NCBI GenBank assembly: GCA_000182565.2
Contig: KQ257451.1
Direction: 5' to 3' (one strand)
DNA length: 64,000 nucleotides
Source of the DNA: Spizellomyces punctatus DAOM BR117
Taxonomy: Eukaryota
Part shown: positions 60,401 to 64,000 of the stretch, one piece after another
How the letters are laid out: every line of letters starts with the position of its first letter
Numbering within the stretch: position 1 is the stretch's first letter
Notes under the pieces: generated by a model
Seen by the model: only the letters and a program-made list of their open reading frames with translations
Databases searched by the model: none
What the model was told of the DNA's origin: nothing
Made by a program: the position numbers and the translations under genes

Positions 60401-62527
60401 ACGACTGGTCGAGTCCAATGCACTAGGATTGGCCATTATGGCGCTTTCGAGTGATAGAGATTCGATGCGAAAAGCTGGTTATTTTGTTCTGGATCTCTCG
60501 TATAATTTATTGTACGAATCAACGATGAAGGAGAGAAATCAGATCATATTATTGTTGGAAGGGCTGAAGAACGCGGTCGTCAAAAGAGAAGAAGGAAATC
60601 AGGGAACGCAACGGGTTCCTGCCGTGGTGGCATTGTTTATTGCGCAGGGGTTGATGATATTATTGAAACCGGAGAATGAAATGTATCCGCTTGTAAATCG
60701 GTTCTTCTTACAGAGACCCATCGTCGACCTTGAGGTCTGGAATACCCTTCAGTCTGTTTGTTTGGTTTGACACTAATTTCTGATGCTCTTTTTTTTGCAG
60801 GATGTCCCGATGTTCTATGGCCTTTTCTACTCAGCATCAGATAACTCTCGAAGGGAGCGAGTATGGATGCTGCGATTGCTCTCCTGCGGGTTGAAAACTG
60901 CTGGGGTACGTTGACTGCCAAAGGGCGTTCGTCTTTTTCTCGATGTGCTCATTATTTACATGGATAGGATTATCGACTATATAAACGGCGTCATGTCGTT
61001 GACATCCTGATGGGCTTTTTCTCTTCGTCAATGTCGGACACAATGACACGGAAACTTGTTCTTGAGGTAAAGCAAAGAAATCCCTCCATTGTACAGTGAC
61101 TGGGCAGCAGCTCACATGTGCCATGATAGGTTATTGTCAAGGCTACCGCGATTCCTTCGGTGATCTCAGATATGATCACTCAAAGTGGTCTGCTGACTTT
61201 CATGCACACAGTCGTTACCGCACTCGATTTCCGCTCCGGAAATGACATCGTACTCTGCATACCGCGCGTGATGCGAGCCATACTCAGCGGATTTGTTCGC
61301 TCCGATCCCGAGTGGCATGGAAGCAGACGGATTGTGTGGCTAGAAAGCATTGCGACTGTGGTCGCAGCTGTAGTGCAAGGCATTGCAAGCGCCGCACGTC
61401 TTGATGGGTGCATAAAGGCGGAGACGGCCACGTGGTGGTGTAATGTCGCTGTGGACGTAAGTCGATTACTATATGATACGTTGGCAGCCTTTGGGGATGA
61501 GGAGAAGCTAGCTACCAATGGGTCGGCTGTATCTCCGTTCGGCATTGGCCACGTATTGGATCTGGCAGCAGTTTTGGAACAATGCGAACGTGTATTACCT
61601 CCAGATTTCAACCAGAATGGCACGAACGACCAAGGCCTCAATGAAGCGTCCAACGTCTCCCTGGACACTTTGGATTTGGACGGGCTGTATAGTCTGGATT
61701 ACGACCTGAGAAGGCTTCTGAAACGAGCACGACTATATCTCTTTGATGTCACCTCTGTCCTTTCTATACCTCGCCTACCGTCCCTTCTTGGTGATGTCCG
61801 GGTTAGCTGGCGTGAGATGCTGGCGCGCCTGTTGGACTATACATTAGAGTGCACGGATATGTATCCGGAGATCTGGCGCTCAGCTCTTCCCGACCGCGTA
61901 ACGCCGTTAGACCGCTACACGGAGTTCTTGCTGCGTCTACAAATGACACATCCCGATGCCATAGCTGCATGTGTATTAACAGACGAGAGTACAAGGCGAA
62001 GAAACATTCTCGGGCGGCTGGTAGCCATGTGGGGACTGATTGGAACCCAATTCAGCAAGAAGGCAAGATTGCAAGCTAGTGTAAGTATGGTTATTTTAGC
62101 GCAGCAATTGACGGGTCACGGCCGAAAGCGGAAACGGGATGATGATGGGGAGATAACCGGGGACCGTCCTATATCAGCAATGGAGCAACTTGCAGGTAAC
62201 GGCCGCACCTGGTATATACGACACCCAACTTGGTACATAATTGTGAATTGTTTGTTTACAGACAAGTACGTCCCGCGGTTCGCTCCTGATCTCCCGCGAA
62301 CACCGTTTTCGCGAAAGCTCTTGTATGAAGTGGTGCCCATCTTGCTTGGGAAGATCCCTAAACCAGATCAGCTACTGAAGTCCAATGAGGTGGGCAATGT
62401 GGTAGACATTCTCCAGGCTACCATAAGGCGTATTTGGGGTGGTGACGATTGTGATGGTATCAGCCGGGAGGAACGTATATGGACCAAAGCGTTATCGGAA
62501 ATAACGGGCAAAAGTCAATCTTTGTAA
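54450..62527 (+). CDS. URB1: Nucleolar pre-ribosomal-associated protein 1 (URB1/NPA1)
   Basis: Large multi-exon helical protein. N-terminal Npa1 region (DVRTLYIRF, VFKGLADD); C-terminal NopRA1 motifs YDPKFFLPL, LGLAIMALSS, YPLVNRFFLQRP, DVPMFY, RERVWMLRLL, YKRRHV. Confidence 0.9.
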
Positions 62528-62845
62528 GTATATTATATGGGTTTCATTGTATCATAGCGTAGCAAATAGTTTTTAGCTAGACTTATTTAAAATATCTTAT
62601 TGAGGTGATTGAAAATGGCACTAGGACCCATTATTATCCGGACTAATCCGGTTAATCATATCGCATAATCAGAACCCCCATCTATCGCTCAGATTGGTGT
62701 GGCATGCATGTAATGTTTTTTTTTAAATTGCGGTGAGGTACATGCAGAAGGTCTATAAAAGGGGGGCCTTCACTGTCTCTTCCCTCTTTCCTCTTTACCC
62801 ATCCTCGACTCAAAGCATCTGCCCAACAAGTCTCAGTCCATCATC

Positions 62846-64000
62846 ATGAGAATGCCGCTCTGGTGCCGAGGACCTCGCCCTCCCGACAAAAACAACATAA
62901 TGCCTTGCAAATGCTGCTACGATCGCAGGTATGTATTATCTTTGTATTTTCCCACGCCCGTATTCCGAGTCTAATTCTGATCCACCTTACTATCTGAAAC
63001 ATCCTCCGACTAAGAATTTCAGAATCAAGGGCTTAGTAGGATTTCTCTTGTGTGGTGGGCTTAGTTACCCGGTTAGAACAACCGTAATGTATTGCATGTG
63101 TCATTGGGCCTAACCACCCTATTAGCGATTCATGTGTAAGGTAAATGTACTTGTGCATAGTGTGCAGGTGGTAGAAAATGTCACTAGGGACAAATTCTCC
63201 CTCCAACCCACTACAGCCGGTTCTAATTTACAATTAGCCAGCCTGTCCAACCCTTCATAACCTATCCTGCAAACGAGTCCCACCCCTATCCTAACTCGCT
63301 ACAGGTTCCAGCCTGGGTTGAACTGGGGTATGTGAAAAGCTAACTACCACTAGGCCAGCGTAATTTGCCTTTTTGGGAGCTGCCTTTGGTGTTGGCTCCG
63401 CGATCCCGAATCGCTTGCAAATCTGTCCCACGCCATTGGCTGCTTCTAGTTTGAGTACACAAAGCATGTGGCAGCCACCGCCATCGGATGAAGAGCTATT
63501 CGGGTCTGACGTCGATGCCGAAGGGTCAGAAGATGGAGAGTATGAGGTCGAGGATGATGACCAGGCGGATGGACAGGAGCCACCTCTTAGCGCTTCAGTA
63601 GAGGAGTCAATGGAAGTAGAGGAAGAAGGTACAGTGAGGAGTTAGATGCTCAGCCGTTTCCTGCTGATAGAGTTGCGAAGTATTGTGTTCTCAGTATTAG
63701 TCAACGGCGAGTATGACAGTGGTGAGATCAATGTGCAGGAACACGTTGGGGAATGTGCTGGATATGAAATAGACCCGTTTGTAAGCGACCCAGCTTTGAT
63801 CACATTCATCATATTGGATTTCAAGTTCTGATCAGATTGTGTTGTGATATGTGAATAGGCGTCGCTCGTTCACCCGGCGAGCGTGAATTGTATGGCGGCG
63901 ACACGGAACATGGTACAGACAGTTTTTCAGTGTAATTTCGGTCTGCATCGATGTTTAACTCATATGCCTTGAATAATTTATAGCGCTGGCTATTCACGGG
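62846..64000 (+). CDS. Possible multi-exon hypothetical gene, truncated by the window end (Cys-rich N-terminus, acidic segment)
   Basis: TATAAAA at 62754; ATG at 62846 gives MRMPLWC...MPCKCCYDR followed by a gtatgt donor; acidic exon-like stretch at 63450-63630 (SDEELFGSDVDAEGSEDGEYE). Gene structure unresolved. Confidence 0.35.

Overview
Gene-dense, intron-rich eukaryotic DNA with mostly short (~55-100 nt) GT-AG introns. It is most likely from a zoosporic (chytrid-type) fungus: flagellar genes (DLEC1/FAP81, IFT43) and animal-like cytoskeletal genes (CAMSAP/Patronin-type CH+CKK protein, DAAM/Dia-type formin) sit among typical fungal housekeeping genes (RPA49, SLX1, HPM1, ENV7, ASF1, SmD3, EFM3, URB1/NPA1, CPS1-like GT2). 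I can model about 25 protein-coding genes, many in tight head-to-head pairs. The stretch from ~10.1 to 20.1 kb is less compact and looks accessory. It holds an orphan gene, a secreted type-B carboxylesterase, a decayed LRR-like relic with tandem repeats, a bacterial-style 2TM dCache-HAMP receptor that lacks an output domain, and an intronless GyrI-like small-molecule-binding gene. I recognised no rRNA, tRNA, CRISPR array or intact transposon. All family calls come from manual motif recognition; no database searches were run. Coordinates of multi-exon genes are start-to-stop spans.
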